DNA of 63,985 nucleotides, counting the filler, from Perkinsus chesapeaki ATCC PRA-425 (taxonomy: Eukaryota; Protista; Perkinsozoa), in the NCBI GenBank assembly GCA_013115145.1. It is 9 parts of 9 records of this genome, joined end to end, with 100 filler letters (N's around TTAATTAATTAA, not from the genome) between each part and the next. Parts side by side here need not be neighbours in the genome. Positions count along the whole stretch, not along the records: positions 1 to 12,383 come from JAAPAO010000815.1; 8 more parts are not named here. One strand, written 5' to 3'. Both the position numbers and the translations under genes were made by a program. The first letter of the stretch is position 1. The number at the start of each line of letters is the position of its first letter. This document shows, in pieces, positions 1-12,483 of this stretch. The notes beneath the pieces were generated by a model. The model worked only from the letters and a program-made list of their open reading frames with translations, did no database searches and was not told the DNA's origin.

Positions 1-523
1 TTCAGCTGTTTGTGTCACTGTCCCCTGACGCGAAGGTTTCAACCTCAGTAAAACGGCCAGTCTTCCTTGCGCAAGAAAGTGCCAACAGGAAGGGATTTAG
101 CGAAACCCAGGAGAACCATGAAGAATCCGCAAGCCGAAATCATAAGATTGAGGCAAAGGAGAAATTTGAACACTGACGAAGGACACCGATGATCGATACT
201 ACTAACGCAACGAAAGATTCGAACTACCATTGTAGCATACTACTGCTCTACGACAAACGGCTCAGCTTACGTGATTAGTGAAAAAATTGGGAAATTCGAT
301 CGCCAATATTCAGTAATATTGTTGGTACTTATCAGGAAACGGGAGTGATTATGATGCCTAATACTAACGAGTAGTTCCAGCACAGCGTGTACGGGCACTA
401 AATGAGCGCCGCTCATAACGTAAGGGGGCTGGCAGGTATGGGTGCTGTGGGGTATGGGTTTTGGGGGCAGTAATTGACCCTTAGCGGTATAGGTCCGCCC
501 CCACCTTGCCCCCACACTGTCAA

Positions 524-568
524 GTAGTGAACTAGAGTGTTTAGGACCTCAACACTCTAGTTCACTAC
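524..568. other. Perfect 18-bp inverted repeat (hairpin) with 9-nt loop
   Basis: GTAGTGAACTAGAGTGTT (524-541) and its exact reverse complement AACACTCTAGTTCACTAC (551-568). Confidence 0.9.
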
Positions 569-2430
569 AAACGGCTTTGCCAGACTAGCGTAGTGTGAGA
601 GTCTAGGATGCTCCCTAGTCCGCACGTGTGCGCAGATGTCACACACGTGACGCGCCGCCTGCTTCATTGCCATTGTTCATGCGTATATCCCTATGATTAG
701 TAAAGTCCGTGAAAGGACTATTAGCTAGATTCATTGAAAATAAGGTGAGAGTCAGACTTTTACTACCCTTTTGAGACAAATATGGCCTCGAGTTCTGCAG
801 TCGGGCACACCTCAACCAGACCCAACCCTATAATTAGTATACAGTATAGGCTGTAGTGATTTTATGGATTTTATGGAGATGTTAGCTAATGGTATAGAGC
901 TAATACCTTATTATTTATAGTTACGATCAGATTAGAAAAGTGATTGATGGCGCTTTGATGCCAGTAAATCGTTATCAGACTTTATGTTAGTAAACAGTCG
1001 TTCCGTGTGGGAACCCCAAGATTACAAGATTAGCTGTATGTGATGTGACCGATTAGTTGTTGACGATTAGCTATGATACCTTGTATGAGGCTTTGAGAAC
1101 GCTTTATACTTAGGGGTTTTTTACTGTTCTCGTTGCTCGGTCAACCATTATCACTACAAGCACTAAATGAGCGATCATCCATCTGGCAGATCTAGTGTTG
1201 AGTTAGAAGAAGACGAAGCCTCGGTTCACGGTTCCGTCCATAATCAGCCCGAAGCCGTACCGCAACATAGGCATTGCTGCCGATTGATGTGGTAAACGTT
1301 ACACTGGCCCCGAGATGCCTAGGTATGTGCGAGTCATACAAGGCGAACCAATTGGTGCACGCAAGCAAGCGTACAACAGAAGAACTAAGTGGCCTTCATG
1401 TTCGGGTCATGGCGGAAGACTGAAACAGTCACTAAACTACAACAGCTTGAGTCAAGCTGGATGTCGTCGACATCGTGAGCATAAGAATTAGGATGCTTCT
1501 AAGAATTCTTATGCTTCTAAGAAGCATAAGAATTTATACTACTAATAAGTTATGGACACACTCTACTAGCTGAACGCTAGGAATCTTAGCAGACAATTAT
1601 GAGGGACAAGTGAGGAGGGAAACAATACAGAAATAGGGGCAGGGAATAGGAGACAGAAATGCTGTCACAGGACATCAGCACAAAAAAAGGTTGTACGACC
1701 CAACGAACGCCCAAGTGGGTACCGGCCCAACGACAGATTATTTCACCCATTGGCTTGTGGACTCCGCAATGCGGAGACAAACTTCGAAATCCCACTACCG
1801 GCAGCAAAGAGTGTGAAGTTCAACGGTGATAACCATTTGTATCCCCGCTGGTCTGATCAGCCTGGTCATCAGCGACGAACACTTTTCTTGTTATAACGGA
1901 ACCAGAAGTGTCGTTGATAAATGCGATAATCGCATTGCGATTCGAGGAGGAGTGTAACTCACAGCCTGTAAGCATGCGACCACCTCACCAGCAATTATTA
2001 GGGCATCACAGTGGGACCCGACGGGTCCGACCCGTCGTGATTCTGTTCCTGTTCTGTCCCTCATTCGGGGTGTCTGCATAAAAATTATACCTGATGTGGC
2101 ATGGAATTGCGGGTTTGTCTATTGACTTTTCTTTGATTGACAGGTAAACACAGATATAGAGCAATGGTTGGCAAAATGTCCGATCTTTTCAAACTGAGGA
2201 TGAAAACTCTGGGAGTAAACATCATCCTCGAGAAAAGTGGAAGTATTCGAAGGTGGTGATGGCAACATAGCATCATGTAAAAGAACCGATCAGGACGAAA
2301 AGGATGAAGAGCCTTTCACTGTTTCCTCCGGCTCATGGTTCTAACACGATCCAAACACCTGAAGGTCACAGCAACGTAAATATGAGTTCTGTTGTTGCAA
2401 AAGTGTTGCGTAACTCAGCATGATCGACTA

Positions 2431-2850
2431 TTATTGACAGCTTTCCTTCTCGAATATCCGATATTCATCGTTCACCCATCCTTGCATCGTCTCCTTTGCT
2501 TCCTGCTTGTTGTAAATGAAATAGCTCATGCTGCTATATTTGAAGGGGGCCTTACAAGTGGACTTGACCGTTTCGACGAATGACGTGTACGCGGATATCG
2601 GCCCACTGTCATGGGATAGCTGGTAACTTTGCGGAAACTCTCCGGTGTTGAACGGCAAATGCCCGACAGATGGTTTCTCATCACCACAGAAAACCAAGAG
2701 AGAAGCGGTCAGTTTCCCCCCAGCAGGCTGCCAGTAGCCCTCATAGCAGATATGCGTTTTCGCATCAGTCCACGAGAAAGAACCTTCCGGTAAACCGTTA
2801 CACTTGGCGAGGCCGATAAGACCCAAAAGGTATCCATAGACGAGCATCAT
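2431..2850 (-). CDS. Small putative secreted protein (~139 aa), unknown family
   Basis: Intronless ORF. The ATG at 2850 gives a hydrophobic leader MMLVYGYLLGLIGLAKC followed by a Cys-containing globular-looking region. No family recognised. Confidence 0.55.
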   Translation of the reverse strand: MMLVYGYLLGLIGLAKCNGLPEGSFSWTDAKTHICYEGYWQPAGGKLTASLLVFCGDEKPSVGHLPFNTGEFPQSYQLSHDSGPISAYTSFVETVKSTCKAPFKYSSMSYFIYNKQEAKETMQGWVNDEYRIFEKESCQ

Positions 2851-4663
2851 TAATAAGAATGCTACTAAGGAGTAAGGAAACTCACTTTCATTTCTCTCAT
2901 TGCTCCGAGCTGAAGTAGGCGACAAGTCTGATTGTCGTGGCTCGAAAGTTTGGAAACATGCACTACGAACTTCACAGTAAAATTTACACCATGCACCAGA
3001 TGATGTAGGTCAAACCGATAACGGCGACGTGGATGGTAGTCACCTCGTATGACATGTCACGGAGACACTCATTAGTGACGTGCATAATCAAGTAGGCACC
3101 TGATTGTGCCTCCCCAAACTTTAAGTATAAATGATTATGTGCTCCTCGTCATGAAGCCCCGTATATTGCGCATGCGTGCAGATCCTTAGCTTTGGTAAGC
3201 TGTCCGCTCCCTTCATGATAGCAAACTTGAACCGATACTTTATTATATGATTAATACCAGTATACCATAATCTAATATATATCTCTAAATATCAATGCAC
3301 AGTTCATAGAAAGGACTGTCCAGTTGTTCTATTCGAGCATCCGATGAAACACTCCAGAGTTCGGATTCCGAGATAAACAATCAAGACCGACCGACTCAGA
3401 TGACAGAACTATATATCCTTCCGGTACTTCTAAAGCTGACAGCAAATCCTTCATCTCTTCAGAAATTGTTACCATAGGATGAAGCTTAGCTTGCATACAA
3501 TAATTTAGCACGCATGCGCAAGGCTGTCTCTCCTGCACTAATTCTTCAACACTACTGTTCAAGCTTATTCGCTCAATGTCGTTTCCTTACATATAACACA
3601 AAGAGTGAATAGAATAACATTGCAATCTCCTTTGCCGAGAACTAGTCCCATAGTCGTCGTTTCTCCATGCATAATATTTGTTGCGTTAACTGGAAGAAGT
3701 GGGTGGTGAGGAGTGGATCACTAGCCGTGAGAGTAGCAACTTGAACTCTGACACTCACTTCGAATATTGTTGTCCAATAAACCTTCAATACATGCTGACT
3801 AGTGCTTCGCTCCGCATGAGTATTGACACTCATAGTGATATGAGAATGACAAAACTGTATGTTTTGTCACGAATCTGCGACACAAATCAGCACGCAGACA
3901 CAGATTGCCGAATTGCTCATGTCTGCCAGCCAACAAATGATACGGCAGCGGGTGGGTGGGTTTTGGAGAAATCTATACATTAACTAATGACACTCCAAAG
4001 AACAAGTGATATGCGAGCGACTCAAGAAGCGCTCGCCGGAAAAAATACTTGCATGAACGACACTCGCTCACTTGTCGAACTTGCCCAATAAATTGACCTT
4101 TGAGTGAGAGAAAGGTGAAATCGAGTTGTACAGTACAACTTGTACTCGTCCCACTTCTCACAATGTAGCGAGCTTTGACGCATAACCTTATTCACTGTAG
4201 GCCCGTAATGAGGGTCGTAACTACGACTCGTAACTATTTGTTTCCAAGAGCTTCTAAGTAGCTCCCGAACCAGGAGTCCCGGTGGGTTGCCACTGCTCAT
4301 CGTCTTTAAGGATTGTCATGTATTAGAGCACGTGGCAGGGATGAGTAACCGGATGGGGTTCTCAAGCCGCACGTGTACCACCACCAGTGGATCGCGCCCC
4401 TTCCTAACCACTTGAACGCGGGGTCTCTCCATAAGCTGCGTGGAACTAGTGAAACCTGATCAATTGTGCTTGATAGTCGAGTCCTGGCTTCCAGTCCGGG
4501 CTGAGGACCTCCCGATCCTGAGGTTTCTTATTATCTTTAATTGTCTCGTCTCTCACTTGTGTTTGAGAAGCGACTCTTATCATCCCCAAACTAAAGGGCC
4601 ATCTTCTTTAATCAAGTCTGACATTAAGTTCTATCACGGTGGCTACAAGGCCTCCATATATCA

Positions 4664-5134
4664 TCAATAACAAGCATAACAAAAGAGCGGTATGAGTACA
4701 ACTACTGTCACCATATATAACCAGTGATCATTACAGTAAAAAATTTCGCCGTTATTATCTTCCTCTCCGCTTCGCCAACACCTTATGGTACATTCAATTT
4801 CACTAAGATAGGATAATGAATATCCAGTAATCAATCCCGCAGTTAAAGAGATCGAATTCGCTGATGTCGGGGGGAACACAAAAGTTTTGTGACAAAACTA
4901 CGAACTACGAATACTGTGTTGAAGCTTCCGCTTTACGAAAAGGATGCGCTTTTTGTCAGCGCCGGCGCGTCGACGTGGGGCTACTATGCATGTCCAGTGG
5001 CTCGCTCGCATCCGATTCTGATATACCTCCAGTGAGCCCAGCCCACCGACATTCTCGGTACAGGTATGCACCCAAGCAGTTCCGGTATAGCCTACCAGAC
5101 CCGTGAGGAGGCCGAAAGCAGCTAACCGCCACAC
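4664..5134 (-). CDS. Possible signal-peptide plus C-terminal TM protein, split across two frames
   Basis: ORF 4898-5134 starts MWRLAAFGLLTGLVG (leader-like). Overlapping-adjacent ORF 4664-4879 ends in a hydrophobic stretch (WLYMVTVVVLIPLFCYACY). The join is not resolved. Confidence 0.25.
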
Positions 5135-5479
5135 AAAGCATGTCTCGCAGTTGGGCCCTAATAAGGCCGCTTTATAGTGGTTCTTTTACTGCAAACTCAA
5201 ACAATCTTGTAATAAAAAATAACAGAAAGCTGCTCAATGCAGCCTGTGAACAAACTTAGACGGTGCGAATACCGACATCAACATTTCTCCACGGCGTCTC
5301 TTCGCATCTTCTCAACCCACGCATTCTTCAAGTTAACCTAATCAAGCACAAAAATAAAACTTTCGAAGCTTGTCTGGCAGGAAATGTCAACCAACACGCC
5401 CGTAGGAAGCATCGCCGGAGATGGCACACAACAGTTCAATCAGGAGATATTTCGGAATTGAATTTCGCAAACAACGGCC

Positions 5480-6483
5480 AGTCCAGAATGACTTCACAGA
5501 AACTTAGAGCCTTTAAATCCCCGAATTCGACAGTCTGTGTCCTACAATGGCAGCCGCAGACATATATGTCATTTCCGGCGACCTACGTAATTCGCGGCAT
5601 TCCATTTGAGCATGTCTTTTTCAGTATCCTTAAGATCTCTCAGCCGCCTTGCTGGATTGCCTATCCATAACCCAGCAGTTGCCACTTTACCGGGAGGCAG
5701 TACTGCACCGGCTCCGATTATAGCGCCTTCCTCTACCTGGACGTGGGAGCATTTCAACCTTACGATCCACCGCGAAGATGTAATCGATGAACCAGGGAAA
5801 TGCCGACTACGGTTCGACTCGGAGCATCAGATACACAATCCGGGCCAGAGTATCTGGCTGGACTCTCCCTAAATGATCTGGACTGCATCCCATTTGAACG
5901 TTCGATGCTCACTGAAATACCAGAATAATTCTAAGTGGCCTCACCACAGCTCCATCTAAAATAATAGATCCTATCCCTATGAGCGTGCCCGGCTCTATGC
6001 GACAGGCGTGAAGTGTGACTGCATGACCTGACCTACAAGTGATGGACATTACCTAAACCACAGTTACCTATGCTAACATCTTCACCAATAATAAGTTCCA
6101 TTCCATCTTGCTTACCGTAGAATTCACCTCTGACGTGGAGAACACAACCATCCTGAAGTGAGACGGTTCCTTATACACTCGATTCCTTCCATCTGTAGGA
6201 CTCACCTGTATATTCGTCCGGTCCCCAATGCGAATAGTATCAACATCTGCTCTAATGACAGCCATAGGCCAGATAGAGACATCCTCACCAAGTCTTACCT
6301 GAACAGTTAATTCGTTCCCCCAAGCACCAAACCTACATCCCCTTCAACCACCGCTGACGGATGAATGAACGCCGAAGCAGGAACGACAGGCCAATTGAAA
6401 ACCCGCTGGAAGGGATAGAACTCAGGCACCTGCTTTGTTACAACCGAGCAGAAACGCCGCAATGAAGAAGGCGATTTCAACAT
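5480..6483 (-). CDS. Gamma carbonic anhydrase / hexapeptide-repeat (CaiE/YrdA-like) protein, multi-exon, probable mitochondrial presequence
   Basis: Spliced reading MLKSPSSLRRFCSVVTKQVPEFYPFQ...AFIHPSAVVEGD^VRLGEDVSIWPMAVIRADVDTIRIGDRTNIQ^...HVQVEEGAIIGAGAVLPPGK...LWIGNPARRLRDL, with GT-AG introns. The 3' end is approximate. Confidence 0.85.
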
Positions 6484-6720
6484 CTAAAACAAATAACGCT
6501 GCTGGGTTTCCTTTTCCCCACAACGCTGCAGACCATCTACACTGCTTCACTTCAACCTCCGCTCTGGAAGCTACTGGCATATTCACCATGAATTCGAGAG
6601 TAGTACTAGTCAGAATTGAATATCTACTATCCACTTACCCATTTATCAGGTGGGTTAGACCAGCTAAACACAACAGTCATCGATAAAAGAAATGGTAACT
6701 AAGGCAGGGTGGTCTCAGCC

Positions 6721-7395
6721 CTAAATGAGCAAAATGATCCAGGCAATTGTCGCATAGAAGAGCCACACTGGGAACCTGAGAACGATACATCCCAGGAAGG
6801 CAGGTTAGATGGTGACTTACACTCCCAAAGCACGGCGGTCTGCTGGAACCAACTCGGACATGAAACCGACAGATGCACCAGTTGACCAGACGAAACCGGC
6901 CAGCACCACAAGCAGCTGAAGGAGGAGTAGGTATCCTACAAAGGCAGGGAGTGGGGTTACCTTCACTATCCGATAGTCTTTGACAAAGAAGCAGATCATG
7001 GCGGAGATGACTAGAGGGAAAACACAGTATCCGAGAACACACACTGATTGGAAGAATGATATCTGAAGAAGAACGAAAGAAGTTTCCAGGCTCGGGGAAT
7101 ATGGGAGTCCGATGTGGGAACTCCTTCCGTCACCTTTCCCTTTATGAACACTCCATTGACGGTGACTACAGCTGAGCCAACCCATACAATAACGAACATC
7201 ATCGAGAACACATATCCCTTTTGGCTCTCCGGTGCCTGTAGTGCCAGTATCTACGTCATAACGCTTCCCATCTGTCGGATTCCAGGCAGCAGTCTCACCA
7301 CAGAAAGCGACATACACAATATGAGCGGCCCCCACAGGTCCCAGTTGCGAAGGCCCGAGCCCCCTTCCACTCGAGCCCGTGGCAACATCACGTAC
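6721..7395 (-). CDS. YIPF6: Yip1-domain Golgi membrane protein (YIPF6/Yip4-like), multi-exon, 5' exons not resolved
   Basis: Motifs LRNWDLWGPL, SFFQSVCVLGYCVFPL, WSTGASVGFMSELVPADRRALGV^FPVWLFYATIAWIILLI*. Stop TAG at 6721-6723. Confidence 0.85.
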
Positions 7396-8052
7396 CTGAT
7401 CGGGCAAGAACAATTCAATCATCGTATCGTCATTTGCAATCTTCGTAGACTAGATCCCAACTCCGATTTTTAAACCAGCAATGTCATCACCCATTCAGAA
7501 CCGACGAGACAAACTAATTGCTATCCGACAATTTCGCATCAGATGATGGTACTGCTAGAAGCAAAACAATCTCCAGCATTGAGGTGCAGTGACGCACGAC
7601 CTGGGCGATAACATTAACCGCAGATTTACGCTCATCAAGCGATACGGCAAACTAGAATGTCTTGCCAACTCGGACGGGTTATCTCCAATGGTGCAGCCCC
7701 AGTTCGACGAGCCGATAAGATCAGCTGCAGGCCGCCCCTCCCGAGCTCCCAGAGAGTTTCCCAATGCCTTCTCACTTCAGCTTTTCTCCAACAGCCGTAA
7801 CATCTCGCATTATGGTAGTCCGTATAGGTTCGTCCAATGTAGAACCTACTTGACAAATCGCTCAAAGTTGGTCACTAACAAAGTAATACCTTCCATGCGC
7901 TCCATCGTACCGCTCGGGGACGACCCTGACTCGATATCTCTACTCATTAAAAACAAGCTGAACTGAAGCAAGAACACTACAGTTAAGGTCCACGTGTGCA
8001 ACAAAACAACGCCTTTATATCAGTTGAAAAACAGCATCAATAGTGATGTTAT

Positions 8053-11000
8053 TCACTTAGTCGGGAAGCCCGATATATAAGTATGGGACCCGGCACCGGT
8101 GGTCAATCCTGCTCCACCGCCTCCAGCAGCAGCACCGGTAGTACTAGAGGCTGAGGGGGAGCTCACCCCTCCATGATGGATGGGAGTGGCGAACGGATCT
8201 GATAGAAAAACCGTCAAAAAAAGACCGAGTAACAAAACCTTGTAGCGTAATCAATACCGATCACCAAATGGAGTAGCTTTCTCGCCCGTTTCGATAGCAC
8301 CCACCTACCCGTGGTTCCTAGTATCTGCTTTGGCTTAGCCCTATGATGTGCCGGCATGGCCCTTCGTGCTCTAGTTGGATGGCCAAAGGCAGCAGCAGCG
8401 GCTGGATGTCCAGTAGACGCAGGAGATGAACTTGGCGGAACTTCATTGGAATGAGGAGATCCCGCTGGCCTTGGAGGGGCAACTGAAAGGGGATAAGATC
8501 CCCAGGATCTCAGAACAGCGAGTAGACTATAGGTATGAAGGACGAAATAGTAGAGATGTGAACATTCGAAAGGTAGTAACCCTACTACTACTGTACCAAA
8601 AGTTGACAGTCAAATTGTCACTGCCAAAAGAGCTTGGGTGATAATGCGGTGTAAGAACAGGAAAGGTATAGGTAATTAATATCCTTCTCTCTCTGATGCG
8701 TAAAGGCTAATGTACTGTATTTGGGAGATACAAATACGAGTGTAAAAGATACAAGAGAGATGTATAGTAGGTATATACTACCAAAGCTCATCGCATGACT
8801 CCGCTACCGTACTTTAGTATAATAATATAAATAAGATATATAAAATTACTAATATAATTACCTATATCTGATATTATATCTAGATATCTAAAAATATAGA
8901 GAATAATGTAATCTTTATAATAATTGATACTATATACTGGGGTATATATATTAATAGATTACTTATAATATTATATAATCATAGGATATATTGATTATCG
9001 TTATATCGAATATCAGATCAATATATGAGTATTGCGATAAAAATAATATTTAAATCTAATGATATAAAAATAATATTTAAATCTAATGATATAAAAATAA
9101 TATTTAAATCTAATGATATAAAAATAATATATAAATCTAATGATATAAAAATAATATATAAATCTAATGATATAAAAATAATATATAAATCTAAAGATAT
9201 AAAAATACTACCTGGCCCCACTGGCATAGCTCTCAGCTGTTCCATAGGAGCCGCCTGCTCCTGTGGCGTGCTCACTGCCGAGTGCACCTCAGATGGAGTT
9301 GCCCCCATCCCGTAGCTGTACACACTATGTACTTGCGATGGCGCCAGAGAAGGTGATGGAACTGGAGATGCCGGCACCTGGGACCTCTCCGGGGCATGCA
9401 AAGTTGAAGACGGGTGCGACGGTCTCGGCGCTTGGTTATCGCTTGCTTCGTTCGAGCTTGCCATTCCAGAATCCGTGCTATATCCCAGCGGCACGCGCGA
9501 AACCTCCTCGATAGGAGAATAATTTTGTGGCGCAGTGACGTCGTCGACAGGACTAGACTCCTTCACCGGAGCGAACGCAGCCAGGTCGCTCATAACAGCC
9601 GAAGAGCCGACCGTCGCCGCTGCCGAGCTTCCAACGCGACCTCGAAGATCGCTGGTGAACTCAGAGGAGCTCACATCGCCCATCATACCATCGGTACTAC
9701 TAGCGTCCACTGCTACTGACGACCCCTCTGGCAGCTTAATGAAAGAATCTGCCAACATAACAATAGCACAAGGACTGCTGGGGACAGACAACCACGCAAA
9801 TCCGCTTTAAAAAATGTTCATTTCCGACTTCAGCCAGAATTCATGAATGTCGTAAATAATTTTGTGAAAATTCCTCAAAATTTCCCGAGGACATGAATAT
9901 AGCCTCCGCCTCGACCAGGGCAACAACTGCTGCTGACGTCACTCTCGCGCGTCCTCCTATATACTACCATCCAATCCCTTCTTTTCAGAGACACTAAGGT
10001 CATATCCATCAATAGGAGTATCATCCAATCGAGGCAGAGTGGCTCTAGTTTCCTCGTCCAACTGTGGCAGTTTCTTAGCAGCCAAATGCTCTATCATCTG
10101 AAGGTCAAATACTAAAGCTACTAGATATGATCATATATCACCATAAAGTGATTCATAAAATACTCGACACAGCCCCGACATACACCGAAGGAGGCGGCCT
10201 AATCCGGCCAGATTATTGCTCATTCAACAGAACTATGCCAACACCCATTTTGAAACGGAAGATATAACTTGCGAATGAATTCCAACCCACCTAAAGTAAC
10301 CCTGATAGGAAGATTGATCTGGATTATCTATAGGACCTTAGTTTGCAGTACTAGTAATAATAATAACAATATGATAGTCGGATACATACCAACGGGCAAC
10401 ATCACTATATCTTCTAAAAATGGCGTGATAAATAGGCTAGTTCAGCTCTCTATAATAAACAATTAATATTGATATAATAATCGATACCAGTTTATTAATA
10501 TACATATACCCGCCACAGCACTCTTGATAGTTCCACCCCTATGTAATACCTGCTGACTTGACGTTAGCAGCTCATAATCAGCCTCATCCCGCTCCGCCTT
10601 CAACTGAGATACTCCGCTCTCCAACTGGCTAAATTGATTCTGAAAGCCATACCGACTTTTCGCCGAATCATGCATGCCGATACCTGTGTCTCCGATATTA
10701 AGTTTTGTATAACATCGTTCTGGTGGCTGGCCATCTGAACTAGATACGCAACCTGATAGAAGAGAACGTTCTTCCTACTGGAAGGCATTTCCTCGAGCTA
10801 CTAAGACAGCCGTACCAACGGCCACTAGGTCTATTGGCATCCCCTCGGAACAATGATGGAGGATACTGGGCACCGTACAACGCAGCCTTCTGAGCATTGA
10901 TTGAAGGAGAGTCCTTTACGCGGAGAAGTAAGCTGCAAACATATCAGCTTTCTCATTCCATGGAGCACGGTTATACAAAAAATATCCGACAGACTCCATA

Positions 11001-11542
11001 CTAATATTATACAACCGTCAACAAAAGGACGGCGTTGAAAACTCACGTCAACAAAAGGACGACGTTAAAAACTCTAAGTTAGGCGATCCCGAAAGAACTT
11101 CATGAATCTAACCAGTTCCTTCTAATCGAATAACTCCACGCCCATTATGTATCACCTGTTCCATAATACTCCGCACTTGTTCCGATTCCATACCCGACTG
11201 TAATGGTTGCTGTTGCTGACCACCAAGTGCAGTGGTTCCAACCTGCTGGGCCCCTCTAGACTGGACATATCTTAACAGGCAATCGGCTCCTTCCCGAGCT
11301 CTCTTTCTGCCTCCCCATAGAAGTCTCTTTGTGAGGAATAATGATACTAATAGTACCACCGCCGTTACGATCTCCGGCACTGGTGACGGATAGCCCGCCG
11401 TCTCGAGGAGCATCTGATGTGATGGTGTAACATACTCATCCCATACCTTGCCGGCGGAGGACTGGAGATGGTCAGAGATGTCGGCCATGGACATGTTTAG
11501 TAAAGGAGAGGTTGCCGCTGCTGATGGTTCGCTGGCATTCAT
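8053..11542 (-). CDS. Hypothetical multi-exon protein: N-terminal TM segment, coiled-coil, long Ser/Pro-rich tail
   Basis: Same-strand ORFs 11108-11542 (EIVTAVVLLVSLFL TM), 10463-10788 (coiled-coil-like), 9207-9791 and 8053-8500 (S/P/A-rich), separated by AT-rich intron-like DNA. Exon structure is inferred. Confidence 0.45.
9037..9207. repeat. 27-nt AT-rich minisatellite, ~6 copies
   Basis: Unit ATAAAAATAATAT(T/A)TAAATCTAATGAT repeated in tandem. Confidence 0.9.
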
Positions 11543-12383
11543 TAGTAGTTAAAACTTAGTAAAAGATTATTGATAGATGACAATTCTATTCGGAAATGGG
11601 CTCCTTGGTGGGGAACGTTTAATGATGGTATTATTTGTGAGGTAATTAGTATCTTATTGCATTCTGTTAAAGCGTGTTAGAGGGTGCAGTGATGTGTTTA
11701 TTAAAGCTCATCTCGCTAAGAGGAGAACCCTTTCACTTGAACATACTGAATAAGAAAAACAAAAACAGCTCCAAAATCAGTTTAACACACTAAAAAAGCG
11801 GTTTTAGGATCGAATCTGATTTGAATAGTCAGAGCAATGGAGAGTATAAGGAGATTTGAACACACCTTAGCCTACCCATATACCTATGGGGCATAATGTG
11901 GCATAGAACCTTTGAAAACAACTACACGCTCATTGCATTCCTATAGAATTCATATTCGTTTCTGGTCAACTGGAACTAATGTCGCTCCATTATACGATTG
12001 GTCGCAAGTTCGAATCCTGCACCTGTTGCTTGGCATCGCCAGACGCTGTCACTAAAATTCCATGGAAATGTCACTAAATGGAAGTAGGTAACCAGACCCT
12101 GGCTGCGCGGTCCCAACCTGTGCGCATTCCGGTCCGAACGTGTGCAAGCCCATAGGGGACTTGTTTTATAGTTAAAACGCGGGCCTTCGGCCCGCTTTTG
12201 CCAAGCAAGTGCTTTGCCGAGCTCATGCGTCTCGTTCCCGCTCTTCTGGTTGCCTATATGTAACAATTCTCTGGTTACCCAGTCCTCTGAACGATTTGCG
12301 ACTGTCATCTATGTTTCTTGCGCGCCACAGTATTCGGCGCGCGCCCGCTCGATCGACTAAATAATTAATTTGGTGTGTTGTGT

Positions 12384-12483
12384 NNNNNNNNNNNNNNNNN
12401 NNNNNNNNNNNNNNNNNNNNNNNNNNNTTAATTAATTAANNNNNNNNNNNNNNNNNNNNNNNNNNNNNNNNNNNNNNNNNNNN
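12384..12483. other. Artificial contig linker
   Basis: 44 N + TTAATTAATTAA (six-frame stop) + 44 N. Confidence 0.97.

Noticed and set aside
3329-4300. Gene formed by minus-strand ORFs 3329-3562 and 4022-4300
   Set aside because: No recognisable domain or consistent splice model.
12384-12483. TTAATTAATTAA palindrome recurring eight times as a biological motif
   Set aside because: Always centred in exactly 44+44 N; it is a six-frame-stop assembly linker. For the same reason, no cross-contig gene clustering was interpreted.
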